Notes under the pieces: generated by a model
What the model saw: the letters and a program-made list of their open reading frames with translations, nothing else
The model's database searches: none
What the model was told of the DNA's origin: nothing
From: an uncultured Clostridia bacterium
GTDB taxonomy: Bacteria; Bacillota; Clostridia; TANB77; CAG-508
Direction: 5' to 3'
NCBI GenBank assembly: GCA_947627295.1
Contig: CANQVJ010000004.1
Location: forward strand, 70,951-134,950
DNA length: 64,000 bases
In this document: positions 32,706 to 45,679 of the stretch, one piece after another
How positions within the stretch are numbered: position 1 is the first letter of the stretch
How the letters are laid out: each line of letters begins with the position of its first letter
Translations under genes and position numbers: made by a program

Positions 32706-34529
32706 TCATTTTTTACCGCCACCTCTAGCAGCTCTTTCTCTTTCCTTAGTGTCTAAAATTTTCTTTCTTAGCCTAATTGATTTTGGTGTAACTTCTACAA
32801 GTTCGTCGTCTTCAATAAATTCAATTGCCTTTTCCAAAGACATTTGAATTGGTGGAACTAACCTAAGTGCTTCATCTGAACCAGAAGCTCTTGTATTTGT
32901 TAAATGTTTTTCCTTACAAACATTTATTGCTAAATCTTCTCCTCTTGAATTTAATCCAACAATCATACCTTCATAAACTTCTACACCTGGTCCAATAAAT
33001 AATTCGCCCTTATCTTGTGCATTGTATAAACCATATGCAACAGACTTTCCATTTTCCCAAGCAACAATTGTTCCTCTAACTCTTGAAACAACATCACCTT
33101 TGAAAGGTTCATAACTATCAAAAATGTGGTTCATAGTTCCTTCACCTTTTGTATCTGTTAAGAATTCTGTTCTATATCCAATTAATCCTCTTGAAGGAAT
33201 TTTAAATTCTATTTTAGTGTGCCCTTCTTCAGCTGGCTCCATATTGACCATTTCCGCCTTGCGTTGCCCTAGCTTTTCTATAACTGTTCCAATTGAATCA
33301 TCTGGTACATTTACAACCAATCTTTCAATAGGTTCACATTTTTGACCTTCAATTTCTTTATAAATAACTTTTGGACGAGAAACTAAAAGTTCAAAACCTT
33401 CTCTTCTCATAGTTTCAATTAATATAGAAAGGTGAAGTTCACCTCTACCTGAAACTTCAAAAGAGTCTGCTTGATCAGTTTCTTTAACTCTAAGGCTAAC
33501 ATTTTTCTCAAGCTCTTTAAATAATCTATCACGAATATGTCTTGAAGTAATGTATTTACCTTCTTTTCCGGCAAGCGGACCATTGTTTACACTAAATGTC
33601 ATAGAAACTGTTGGTTCGTCTATATCAACAAAAGGAATTTTTTCAGGATGATTAAAATCACAAATTGTATCCCCAATGTTAATATCTGCAAGACCGGCAA
33701 TTTCAACAATATCTCCGGCTTTTACTTCTTCAGATTCTACTTTGTTTAAACCTACATATGTATAAACTTTTGCAATTTTACCTTGAGTTATTTTATCTTC
33801 TTTTCCACAAATCGAAACAGGCATACCAACTTTCATAACACCTCTTTCAACTCTACCAACCGCAATTCTTCCAACATATTCGTCATAATCTATGTTAGAA
33901 ACTAACATTTGAGCATAGCCTTCTTCATCACACTCAGGTGGATTTATGTTGTTTACAATTGTTTCAAATAAACAACTTAAATCTTTTGAATCGTCTTCTA
34001 AATTAAGTTTTCCAATACCTTGTTTTGCAGATGCGTAAACAACTGGAAAATCAAGTTGTTCGTCAGTTGCATCAAGCTCAATAAATAGCTCAATTACTTG
34101 GTCAACAACTTTTTCAGGTGTAGCACCTGGTCTATCTATTTTATTTATAACAACTATTGGTTTTAAATTAAGAGCCAAAGATTTTTTAAGAACTTCTCTT
34201 GTTTGTGGCATTGCGCCTTCAAAAGCGTCAACTAATAAAAGAACTCCGTCAACAGTTTTTAAAACTCTTTCAACCTCTCCACCAAAGTCAGCATGACCTG
34301 GAGTATCAACAATGTTTATTTTTATATCTTTATACATTACTGATGTGTTTTTTGAAAGTATTGTAATTCCTCTTTCTTTTTCCAAATCATTTGAATCCAT
34401 TACTCTTTCTGCAACTTGCTCATTATCTCTAAATACATGGCTTTGTTTTAAAAGCGCATCTACTAGAGTTGTTTTACCGTGGTCTACGTGTGCGATTATT
34501 GCTATGTTTCTAATATTTTTGTTATTCAT
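32706..34529 (-). CDS. typA: translational GTPase TypA/BipA
   Basis: IRNIAIIAHVDHGKTTLVD G1 motif, DTPGHADF G3 motif, EF-G-like domains. Confidence 0.9.
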   Translation of the reverse strand: MNNKNIRNIAIIAHVDHGKTTLVDALLKQSHVFRDNEQVAERVMDSNDLEKERGITILSKNTSVMYKDIKINIVDTPGHADFGGEVERVLKTVDGVLLLVDAFEGAMPQTREVLKKSLALNLKPIVVINKIDRPGATPEKVVDQVIELFIELDATDEQLDFPVVYASAKQGIGKLNLEDDSKDLSCLFETIVNNINPPECDEEGYAQMLVSNIDYDEYVGRIAVGRVERGVMKVGMPVSICGKEDKITQGKIAKVYTYVGLNKVESEEVKAGDIVEIAGLADINIGDTICDFNHPEKIPFVDIDEPTVSMTFSVNNGPLAGKEGKYITSRHIRDRLFKELEKNVSLRVKETDQADSFEVSGRGELHLSILIETMRREGFELLVSRPKVIYKEIEGQKCEPIERLVVNVPDDSIGTVIEKLGQRKAEMVNMEPAEEGHTKIEFKIPSRGLIGYRTEFLTDTKGEGTMNHIFDSYEPFKGDVVSRVRGTIVAWENGKSVAYGLYNAQDKGELFIGPGVEVYEGMIVGLNSRGEDLAINVCKEKHLTNTRASGSDEALRLVPPIQMSLEKAIEFIEDDELVEVTPKSIRLRKKILDTKERERAARGGGKK

Positions 34530-34589
34530 TATACTACTCCCTTTTAAAATTTTTCAACCACTTTATTATAGCACAATTTTAAGGTTTCG

Positions 34590-35174
34590 TCAACTAGAAA
34601 GCTCAACAATTTGCTCCATAATTGTCTTTGTAATTTCGTCTAATTTTTCTTTATCTTTTGTTCCTTTAAATTCGCTAAAGTCAAGAGGCTTTCCATAATT
34701 TAAAACGACCTTGCGGTCCCCCTTCTTTCCGCCTTTTATTCCACAAGGCACAACTTTTGCACCACTTCTAACTGCTAAAAATGCAACACCGTCTTTTGCT
34801 TTTTCACCTTTTTCCATACCATTTCTTGTACCTTCTGGAAAAATTGCAATTGCTCCACCAGACTTTAATTCCTTTAGAGCTTCTTTAAGAGGCCCAATAT
34901 CTTTTTCATTTCTATTTAATAAAATAGCATCAAAAATCCAAAGCAAAAATGCCATTGGCTTTTTTTCCTTTAATTCCTTTTTTGCTAAAAAGCGCATCTC
35001 CCTACCTGCTGAAACTTCAACAACTGGTGGGTCCATATAACTTGTATGGTTTGCACAAAATATAATAGGACCTTCTTTTGGCACATTTTTTGCTCCAATA
35101 ACTTTCATTCTATGTACTATTTTAAAATAACTCCACATTGCGGCTTTAACTATTACTCTTAAAATACCTTTCAA
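34590..35174 (-). CDS. plsC: 1-acyl-sn-glycerol-3-phosphate acyltransferase
   Basis: NHTSYMDP and FPEGTR acyltransferase motifs. Confidence 0.8.
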   Translation of the reverse strand: MKGILRVIVKAAMWSYFKIVHRMKVIGAKNVPKEGPIIFCANHTSYMDPPVVEVSAGREMRFLAKKELKEKKPMAFLLWIFDAILLNRNEKDIGPLKEALKELKSGGAIAIFPEGTRNGMEKGEKAKDGVAFLAVRSGAKVVPCGIKGGKKGDRKVVLNYGKPLDFSEFKGTKDKEKLDEITKTIMEQIVELSS

Positions 35175-35836
35175 TTTCTTATTCTCCCCTCAATTATTTT
35201 CGAAATTTCTTCAATTACTTCGTCTATACTCATATTTGTTGTATCAATATAAATTGCATCTTCTGTTTGTTTTAATGCACCAATTTCTTTTTCTTTGTCG
35301 TTTTTATCCCTCATTTCAATATTTTTAACAATCTCTTCAAAGCTCATTTGGATACCCTTTTCTTGATTTTGCAAAAATCTGCGTTTAGCCCTTTCTTCAA
35401 CACTTGCATCCAAATAAATTTTAACCTCTGCATTTGGAAAAACATAGCTGCCAATATCTCTACCTTCCATAATAACATCTTTTCCATTTGCACATTTTCT
35501 AAAAATATCAGTTAATTTAAAACGAACTTCTTTAATAGAAGAAACCTGTGAAACAATGCTACTTACATCTTTTTCCCTAATCCTTTGGCTAACATCTTCT
35601 CCGTCTAAATAAATTATATCTTTATTATCCTTCATGCCAAATTCAATATCTAAATTATCTAACAAACTAACTATTTTTTCTACTTCATTAATTTCAATAT
35701 TTTCTTTTATAGTTTTTAAAGCGACCGCCCTATACGCCGAACCTGAACCAATATTTATTAAATCAAATTTTTTACTTATAGCTTCAGTTACAGTTCCCTT
35801 GCCTGAGCCCGCTGGTCCGTCTATTGCTACAATCAT
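35171..35836 (-). CDS. cmk: cytidylate kinase
   Basis: IAIDGPAGSGKGT P-loop and SGSAYRA motif. Start taken at MIVAIDG. Confidence 0.85.
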   Translation of the reverse strand: MIVAIDGPAGSGKGTVTEAISKKFDLINIGSGSAYRAVALKTIKENIEINEVEKIVSLLDNLDIEFGMKDNKDIIYLDGEDVSQRIREKDVSSIVSQVSSIKEVRFKLTDIFRKCANGKDVIMEGRDIGSYVFPNAEVKIYLDASVEERAKRRFLQNQEKGIQMSFEEIVKNIEMRDKNDKEKEIGALKQTEDAIYIDTTNMSIDEVIEEISKIIEGRIRN

Positions 35837-35837
35837 T

Positions 35838-36696
35838 TTAATCCTCTCTTTCTGGCACAAAGATGTTTTTTGCAACCACTTCAATTTCTTCTACGTTCAT
35901 TGAAGTTAATTTTCCAATTTCTTTAATTACATTATGTTTAAACCTCTTCAAGCCGTCAACCACATTTACTCCATATTCAATCATAACTTCTAAGTAAATT
36001 TTTACTCCTTCCCCGAAACTATCAACTCTAATCTTTAAAATCTTGTGAATTCCCGGCGTTTTCTCAGCCAAATATTCTACAATTTGCCTAAACACATTAT
36101 CAGAAATTGTAAAATTTCCCATATAGCTAAAAGTTGGCCTAATAATTGACTTCTCAGAAATATATGGTTGCTTGCCCTTACCCTTTGATTTGAAAATTTG
36201 AAGTGGGTCTAACAAATAGCCTGAAAAATCTTTTTTTATTTCAAAAGTTGGCACAGGTATAACATGCTTTCCTTCAGTTCTTCTAATTCTTCTTGCTGTA
36301 TCCATTTCTTGCTCTGTTGCAACATCTGTAATATATGTAATTTCAGAAACCTCAGGTAGTTCCAAATTTTTTGCAATTTTTTGCACCATGCCGTCAGAAG
36401 TTCCAAGAATTAAAATCTTTTGTGGCCTGTATTTTCTTAGTGCCTTCAAAATTTCCTGCTTTTCTTCCTCTTTGAAAAATAGCGCTTTTTTAACAGTTTC
36501 AATCTTAGTAGGCGCCTTTTTAGCCGACTGCCCGAGCCACCACTTCATTGTCTTTAATTAATAATCCGTCATCAATTATAAAATGAATATCGTGTTCACT
36601 GGCAACCATTTGTGCTCTGTAACTCTTACCTGTTCCAGAAGGCCCTACAAAAGCATATACCTTTATTTTGCCGTTTAATAAATCTTTCAACAACAT
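35838..36696 (-). CDS. hypothetical protein with an N-terminal P-loop NTPase motif and a C-terminal Asp23/Gls24-like domain, frameshift at 36520-36548 (cccgagcc)
   Basis: VYAFVGPSGTGKSY Walker A. C-terminal ISDNVFRQIVEYLAEKTPGI..VKIYLEVMIEYGVNVVDGLKRFKHNVIKEIGKLTSMNVEEIEVVAKNI is Asp23-like. Confidence 0.45.
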
Positions 36697-36723
36697 TTTA
36701 CTTCCCCCAATCAAATATTTTGC

Positions 36724-37693
36724 CTACGAAGCTGACCGGCAAGCTGCCTCAATATCAGAACCAAGTTCCCTTCTTATTGTTGCAACAATTCCGTGGTCAT
36801 TTAAATAATCTCTAAACTTCATAATATTTTTTAAATCAGATTTCACATAACTTCCGCCTTCGATTTTATTAATAGGAATAAGGTTCACATGGCAGTTCAT
36901 ACCTCTAAGTAATTTCACAAGCCCTTTTGCATCTTCTAAATTATCATTATTATCTTTTGCTAAAGCATATTCAAAAGAAACTCTCCTATTTGTAGTTTTT
37001 ATATAATCTTTGCAAGCCTTAATTAACTCAGCAATTGGGTATTTGCGGTTAATTGGCATCATAGCGCTTCTTTTTTCATCACTAGTTGCATGAAGTGAAA
37101 TAGAAAGTGTGCACTGAATATTTTCTTCAGCTAGTTTATAAATCATAGGAACAATTCCACTTGTTGAAACACTTATATGCCTTGCTCCAATTTCAATTCC
37201 CTTTGGATTATTTATAATTCTAATTGCATTAATAACATTTTCATAATTATCAAGAGGTTCGCCAATTCCCATAAAAACAACATTTGAAATTTTCTTTCCA
37301 GTATCTTTTTCAGCCATTAAAAGTTGTTCAACAATTTCTCCACTCTCTAAATTTCTTATGAAAGGAATTCCAGTAGATGCACAAAACTTGCAACCCATTT
37401 TACAGCCGACCTGGCTGGTTACACAAATTGTATTTCCATGGTGATAAGACATAACAACAGTTTCAATTGCATTGCCGTCCCCAATATCAAATAAGTACTT
37501 AATGGTTCCGATCAAGAGCTTCTTGTTTTTTTAAGATTTTAAATTCTCCCATTGAATATGTGTTTTTAAGTTTTTCCCTTAGTTCTAAAGAAAGATTTGT
37601 CATTTCATCAAAAGAAGAAACTTTGTCTTTATATAACCACTTAAAAATCTGCTCTCCTCGAAATGGTTTTTCACCGTAAAGTTTGCATTTCAT
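36724..37693 (-). CDS. rlmN: 23S rRNA/tRNA m2A methyltransferase RlmN (radical SAM), frameshift near 37500 (ttccgatc)
   Basis: N-terminal FRGEQIFKWLY, then CKMGCKFCASTGIPFIRNL radical-SAM cluster and ACRSAS C-terminus. Confidence 0.8.
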
Positions 37694-37729
37694 TTTTTAG
37701 TTCATTTAAATCATAGTTTTTTATTAATT

Positions 37730-38977
37730 TCATTTACTTTCCTTTCTAATTTCAATTCCTTGCTCTTTCAAAAAATCATAAAATCTATCTTCTATTGAGT
37801 GGTCATAAATATTTGAGCAAAAGCTAAATACTAAAGTATTTTCAAAAGTACAAGATGCGCATTTGATTTTTTCAACTGGCTCTGGTGCAATAAGCATTGT
37901 AAAATAATCTAAAAACTTTTTATACTTTCCTATAATACCTACCCTACCAATATTTGAATATGTTATTGTTGTGTATTTTCTAATTTCTAAGTAACTAAGT
38001 CTTACAAAAAGCTTTTTCAAAAAAAGTGGAATAATTTTTATAAAAACATTTTCTCCAATTTTTACATTTGCAGACATGGTTCTTAAAATTTCTTCTTGAG
38101 TAAGCTTTTTTGCATAATCTTCTTTTACAAAATCTAAAATCAAATCAAACTCAGTTAAGTTTTTCATATATGCTTCAAGAGTGATATATGAAAAAAAGTT
38201 AGTCATTGTTTTAGATTGGTAATACCTTCTTAAATCAACTGGGATGCATAGCTTAATTGGTTTGTTGTGTTTGACAATTCCCTTTAAATAATTTTCTTTA
38301 TAAATTGCATAAATTAATACTGCAGATAAATATTGTGTAACTGTGCAATTTTTTTCTTTACACTTTTCTTTTAAACCTTTAAAATCTATAAAATTATGTG
38401 TTACAAAATTTGCTCCTATTTTAGAGCGAATACCTTTTATGATATATGCTTTTTTCATTGAAGCATTTGATTTTGCCTTTTTATCATAATTTTCTATATA
38501 GCTATCTTCTGTAGTAACTTCTTCTACTTTTCTTTTTGTTCTTATTTCTTTATTAAATTCCTCACTATGAGCTAATTCTAAATATGAGTAAACAATTTCT
38601 TTGAAAAATATTCCCGCACTATTTGCATCTGTAAGAGAGTGAAAAATATCAATATTAATATTTTTCTTTCCATATGTTACTGTAAATAAATATTTGTTAT
38701 TTAAATGTGGGTTAATATATTTACAAGGGTACCTAGGTTCTTTTTTTACAATTGGTTCAAGTTCATTTTGTTCAAAATAGTACCAAAAGAAACCGAATTT
38801 CATTTTCACTCTAAATTCAGGATACTTTTCAATTGCAATATTTACAGCCTTTTGCAAAATTTTTGGATTAATATTTTCTTTAAGATTTGCACTAAGCCTA
38901 AATACTGTACTAAATTTCTTGCTCGTAGAAATTGGAAAAATTTTAGCCGAATTATCTAACTTTCTTTTTAATTTCAA
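37730..38977 (-). CDS. HxxxD-motif acyltransferase of the condensation/WS-DGAT/alcohol-acetyltransferase superfamily
   Basis: DIFHSLTDANS (HxxxD) about 110 aa from the N-terminus, 415 aa two-lobed size. Confidence 0.45.
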   Translation of the reverse strand: MKLKRKLDNSAKIFPISTSKKFSTVFRLSANLKENINPKILQKAVNIAIEKYPEFRVKMKFGFFWYYFEQNELEPIVKKEPRYPCKYINPHLNNKYLFTVTYGKKNINIDIFHSLTDANSAGIFFKEIVYSYLELAHSEEFNKEIRTKRKVEEVTTEDSYIENYDKKAKSNASMKKAYIIKGIRSKIGANFVTHNFIDFKGLKEKCKEKNCTVTQYLSAVLIYAIYKENYLKGIVKHNKPIKLCIPVDLRRYYQSKTMTNFFSYITLEAYMKNLTEFDLILDFVKEDYAKKLTQEEILRTMSANVKIGENVFIKIIPLFLKKLFVRLSYLEIRKYTTITYSNIGRVGIIGKYKKFLDYFTMLIAPEPVEKIKCASCTFENTLVFSFCSNIYDHSIEDRFYDFLKEQGIEIRKESK

Positions 38978-39828
38978 CTATTTTTCACCTCACTAATTAA
39001 ATCTTCATACCCCTTTTTTACTAAATTGTGATCACAATTTTTCTTAATTATCCAAATATGTGAAGCACCTTCATATTCTTTTAAATTAATGTTTTCATTT
39101 TTACTTTTTAAATCAGAGCAATCCGCCCACAAAATATCATATGTTCCAGAAAGAATTACTACATTATTTAATTTAGAAACATCACCATATATTGGGCTAA
39201 CTAATGGATTTTTTAAATCATTTTCACTGCCTGCATAAAGTCTTCCTGCAACTTTTAGTTTATCAATGGTTAAGTCTTTATCATTTTTTTGAATTTCAAC
39301 CATTTTAGGATTACTCATACTAACATCTAACCATGGTGAAATTAAAATACTTTTTGAAGGTGCCTTTTCTACCTTCTCTAATAAACCTGCCACAATTCCG
39401 CCACCTGCAGAATCTCCCATTAAAATAAAATTATCTTCTTCATAATATTCATTATACACATTTTCAACCATTTTAAAAACATCTTTATATGTGTACCTTG
39501 GAGTTAGTGGGTAATCTGGCATAATAATTCTTGAATTTGTATCTTGTACTAACTTTTCTAAAAAGTCCCAATGGTCTTTTGTCATTTCTCCCATATATGC
39601 TCCACCATGTAAATACATTATTGTTTTAGAATATGTGTTATTTTTTGGAGTTATATTATATACTTTATTTTTTTCATGTGTTGTAACAGATACATTGCAA
39701 GTTTTTTTAATACTACTTGTTGGTTCTGCTAAAATTTCAGTTACCCCAAAAAAGGTAAATAGAAGTGCCACTACAAGTAGTGCAATTATTACAATAACTT
39801 TTCTCATATTTTTCACCATATATATCAT
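38974..39828 (-). CDS. alpha/beta-hydrolase esterase/lipase (HSL-like family) with a signal anchor
   Basis: HGGAY oxyanion motif and GDSAGG nucleophile elbow. N-terminal hydrophobic segment. Confidence 0.7.
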   Translation of the reverse strand: MIYMVKNMRKVIVIIALLVVALLFTFFGVTEILAEPTSSIKKTCNVSVTTHEKNKVYNITPKNNTYSKTIMYLHGGAYMGEMTKDHWDFLEKLVQDTNSRIIMPDYPLTPRYTYKDVFKMVENVYNEYYEEDNFILMGDSAGGGIVAGLLEKVEKAPSKSILISPWLDVSMSNPKMVEIQKNDKDLTIDKLKVAGRLYAGSENDLKNPLVSPIYGDVSKLNNVVILSGTYDILWADCSDLKSKNENINLKEYEGASHIWIIKKNCDHNLVKKGYEDLISEVKNS

Positions 39829-39891
39829 ATCAAATTTTTAAACATTAGTCAAAAAAAATAGCATTTTTACAAATGCTACTTTTTAAAATTG

Positions 39892-41062
39892 TTACCAATC
39901 AAAAAATCCGCGCTTTTTAACTGGTGGTTGTTCGTTCATTGTTTTTGCAAGTTTTGTAAAGAGTTCTCTTTGTTCTTTATTTAAGTGTTTTGGAATTTGT
40001 ACATATGTTGTGAAAATTAAATCTCCAACACTGGACGAATGAACACCTTTAAAGCCTTTACCCTTTAACACAAATTTTGTTCCATTTTGAGTACCTTCTG
40101 GAATTTTATATGTTTCTTTTTTGCCGTCAACAAGTGGAATTTCAAGGTTTGCTCCTAAAGTTGCTTGAGTAATAGTAATTGGCACATCACACATAACATT
40201 TTTTCCTTCTCTTGTGAAAATGCTATTACGCTTCAAACGAATATATACATTTAGGTTTCCATTAGGTCCACCCTTTTCACCAGGTTCACCTTCACCTTTT
40301 AAAACCATATTTTGACCATTATCAATTCCAGCAGGAATCTTTATTGTTATTTTTGGTTGTTTTCTAACTTTACCACGACCTTTGCAAGTTTCGCAAGGTT
40401 CTTTTATAACTTCACCTGTTCCATGGCAAGTGCTACAAGTACGAGTAGTTTGCATTTGACCTAAAATGGTATTTTGTACTTGTGTAACACGACCTGTACC
40501 ATTACACTCACTACATTTTGTAACAGAAGTTCCGAGGTTTAGCACCAGTACCATGGCATGTTCCACATTGCTCATTTCTTGTAACTGTTATAACCTTTTC
40601 AACACCGGTGTATGCCTCTTCAAAAGTAACATCCACTCTAGCTTCTATATCAGCTCCTCTACGAGGTACATTTTGGTTTCTTGCTCTTCCGCCAAAACCT
40701 CTACCACCACTAAAGAAACTAGAAAATATGCTACCCAAATCTCCAAAGTCTCCAAAATCGTCAAAACCAGAAGATGTATAAGTGTAATATCCACCTTGGC
40801 CACCAAATGGACCGCCCCCGCCGAATCCGCCTTGAGGGCCGTCTGGTCCAAATTGGTCATACATCTTTCTCTTTTGAGCATCTGATAAAGTTTCATATGC
40901 TTCATTTACTTCTTTGAATTTCTTTTCAGCTTCTTCTTTATTGTTTGGGTTTGCATCTGGATGATATTTCTTTGCTAGCTTTCTGTATGCTTTTTTTAAT
41001 TGGTCGTCAGTAGCGTTTTTATCAACTCCTAGTACTTCATAATAGTCTCTTTTGCTAGCCAT
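39892..41062 (-). CDS. dnaJ: chaperone DnaJ, frameshift inside the zinc-finger region at 40511-40575 (cctcggaac)
   Basis: J-domain with HPD (YHPDANP), G/F-rich region, CxxCxGxG repeats split over two frames. Confidence 0.9.
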
Positions 41063-41078
41063 GTTTTACCCCCATAAC

Positions 41079-42974
<1,896 letters not shown>

Positions 42975-42987
42975 TTATTAACTTTGT

Positions 42988-43545
42988 TTAGTTGGCGACG
43001 ATTACCATAGAGTGGCGTATAACTTTGTCACCGATTCTGTAACCTTTTCTATATTCGCTAGCAACTACCTTTTCTCCCAAATTTGGGTCTTGAATACTAC
43101 TTACCGCCTCATGAAGTGCTGGGTCAAAAGGTTCTCCTACTGCCTTTATTTCTTCAATACCTTTAGATGTTAGTAAATCTTTAAATTGTTTTAAAACAAG
43201 TTCAACACCTTTTTTGTATTCTTCGTCTTCAGTTTGAGCCTTTACTGCATTTTCCAAATTATCCATAATTGGAAGTAATTGTTCTGCAATGTCTGCTAAA
43301 ATTGAGCTATATAGCATTGTTCTTTCTTTTTGGCTACGCTTTTTGTGATTTTCAAACTCTGCTAAAATTCTTTTATATCTATCAGTAATGTCTTCTAGCT
43401 CTTTTCTAGTTTCAATAAGCTCGTCAGCTATTTTATTATTTGTATCTACTTGTAAAGACTCTTTGAAACTATTTGAAGTTTCTTCTTGAACTTCATTAGA
43501 TGTATTTTCTTCTACTTGTGATACATTATTGTTTTCTTCACTCAT
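42988..43545 (-). CDS. grpE: nucleotide exchange factor GrpE
   Basis: 185 aa, GrpE C-terminal FDPALHEAVS..GYRIGDKVIRHSMV. Confidence 0.9.
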   Translation of the reverse strand: MSEENNNVSQVEENTSNEVQEETSNSFKESLQVDTNNKIADELIETRKELEDITDRYKRILAEFENHKKRSQKERTMLYSSILADIAEQLLPIMDNLENAVKAQTEDEEYKKGVELVLKQFKDLLTSKGIEEIKAVGEPFDPALHEAVSSIQDPNLGEKVVASEYRKGYRIGDKVIRHSMVIVAN

Positions 43546-44573
43546 TACTTTTCTCCTTCATTTAATTTTTTACTAATATATTTCATAACAGAAATTACTT
43601 TTGAATAATCCATTCTCTTTGGACCAATAATACCAATTGTGCCCATATCTTTATCCCCAACTTTATGTCTAAAAGTTACCACACTAAAATCTTTAAGTTC
43701 TTCTTGACTATTTTCTTCACCAATATATACATTAATATCTTCTGCTAAACCAGAACTTAGAACATCTTCCACAAGTTCTCTTTTATCTAAAATATTAATA
43801 AAATTCTTGGCAACCTCTAAACTATTAAATTCAGGTAAATCAAAAGCATTGTTAGCACCTTTTAAATATAGCTGTTCATCCTGCCTTAAAACCTTTTTTA
43901 TTTGTTCAACAATTGGCTTAATTACTTTAACACTGTAACTCATTTCGTCATACAAATATTCTTCCAAAGGTCTATCAATGGTTTCTAAAGGTTGATTTTT
44001 AAGTTTTTGGTTAAACATGTAATTCATTGTTTCAACCTGTTTTTCATTAATATCTTCGTCAAACTTAATTACAGTTTCCTTCATAACTTCAAAATTTGTA
44101 ATAATAATTGCAAGCATAAGCCTTGGGTTAATAAGTACAAATTTAATTTCTTTAATCAACTGAGTTTTAGTTTTTGGCCCAATTGAAACAGCTGTGTAGT
44201 GTGTAACCTCAGAAATTGTTCTTGCTGCAACTTTAGTTAAATCCTCAATTTCATTTATTTTAGATTCCAACTTTTCACTAATGTATTTAACTTCTTCAAC
44301 ACTAATATTATCGTCTTTTAAAAGTTCGTCCACATAGTACCTATACCCTTTTTCTGAAGGAACCCTTCCTGATGAAGTATGTGTTTTTTCCAAATATCCT
44401 ATTTTTTCTAAGTCTGCCATTTCATTTCTAATTGTGGCACTGCTATATTTTAAATGTTCTTTTTTTACTAAAGCCTTAGAACTAACTGGCTCCGCTGTGT
44501 TGACATACTCTTCTACAATTGCTCGTAGAACATGTTTTTTTCTGTCATTTAGCAACTTTAGCACTCCTTTCAT
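43545..44573 (-). CDS. hrcA: heat-inducible repressor HrcA
   Basis: N-terminal wHTH LNDRKKHVLRAIVEEYVNTAEPVSSK. First gene of the hrcA-grpE-dnaK-dnaJ operon. Confidence 0.9.
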   Translation of the reverse strand: MKGVLKLLNDRKKHVLRAIVEEYVNTAEPVSSKALVKKEHLKYSSATIRNEMADLEKIGYLEKTHTSSGRVPSEKGYRYYVDELLKDDNISVEEVKYISEKLESKINEIEDLTKVAARTISEVTHYTAVSIGPKTKTQLIKEIKFVLINPRLMLAIIITNFEVMKETVIKFDEDINEKQVETMNYMFNQKLKNQPLETIDRPLEEYLYDEMSYSVKVIKPIVEQIKKVLRQDEQLYLKGANNAFDLPEFNSLEVAKNFINILDKRELVEDVLSSGLAEDINVYIGEENSQEELKDFSVVTFRHKVGDKDMGTIGIIGPKRMDYSKVISVMKYISKKLNEGEK

Positions 44574-44608
44574 TTGATTGCTAATCTTCTAATATAATAT
44601 ATGTTTTT

Positions 44609-44635
44609 TTAGCACTTGTCAACCCTTTGTGCTAA
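44609..44635. promoter_or_regulatory. CIRCE operator (HrcA binding site)
   Basis: TTAGCACT-tgtcaaccctt-tGTGCTAA inverted repeat 35 nt upstream of hrcA. Confidence 0.8.
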
Positions 44636-44690
44636 TTTTTATGTGAAAATTTTGTGAACACCAAAATAGGCATCCACAAAAAATTTAATT

Positions 44691-45600
44691 TTATAAAGTC
44701 GACCCGATAATCCCTGCATCATTTGCAAGTATTGCCGAAGAAATTTCAATATCTTTATGTTCATTAAATAATAGATTTGAAGAAAGCAAATATTCTTTCA
44801 AGCGTGGTAAAAGTACATCACTAAAGAATACAAAACTTCCACCTATACCAATTGCCTCAGGTTCAAAAATATTTACTAGGTTTGAAATACCTATTGAAAG
44901 ATTTTCAATAAACTCAGAAATTATATTTTCAATAACTTCATAATTTTCTTCTCCAGGTTTATTTGCACGAATCATCCTTAAAAGTTCTTCTCCCCTTGTT
45001 TTTTCAGTAAGGCCTAAAGCACTTCTTAATTCATTTTTGAAAACCTTCATTGAAGCATATGTTTCAAAACAACCCTTTTTTCCACAATTGCAAGTTCTAC
45101 CATTTTTCTCAATAATTGTGTGACCAACTTCAAGCCCTGGGAAACTACCAGTATCAAGGAGTTTATTGTTCATTAAAACAGCTCCACCAATACCTGTTCC
45201 CAATGTTAAAAACAATGCTCTTTTCTTACCTTTTAAACAACCAATTTTGTTTTCCGCCATTGCTGCACATTTTGCGTCATTTCTAACTACAATTGGAACA
45301 TTTAATTTTTTAGATAAAGAACCTTCTAAATCATATTCCTTTGTTATTCCTAAATTTACGGACTTTAATATTTTACCACCATAAATTGTTCCGAGGAACT
45401 GCCATGCCAATTCTTTCTATCTTGTATGTTTCAAATAGTTCATTTACAATTTGGATGATATAGGGCTCAACATTTCCCTTAATATCTTTTTTCTCTTCAC
45501 CCATTAATCTCTTTTCAATTTTTTGAACTATCTTTCCTTCTTTGTTTACAACACCAATTCCAATATGGCTACCGCCTAAATCAATGCCAACTCTCATCAT
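44691..45600 (-). CDS. ROK-family glucokinase, frameshift near 45375-45410 (ccgaggaac)
   Basis: N-terminal MMRVGIDLGGSHIGIGVV, then in another frame TGIGGAVLMNNKLL..GHTIIE..CNCGKKGCFETYAS ROK zinc motif. Confidence 0.75.
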
Positions 45601-45642
45601 ACCGTTCGCCCCCTTTCTACTTATTTATATCATAAATTGGCC

Positions 45643-45673
45643 AAAAAAAAAAGTGGAAAATCCACTTTTTTTA
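45643..45673. terminator. bidirectional rho-independent terminator. It ends the pilus operon on the minus strand
   Basis: A-run, then AGTGGAAAATCCACT hairpin, then T-run. Confidence 0.6.
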
Positions 45674-45679
45674 AAATTA

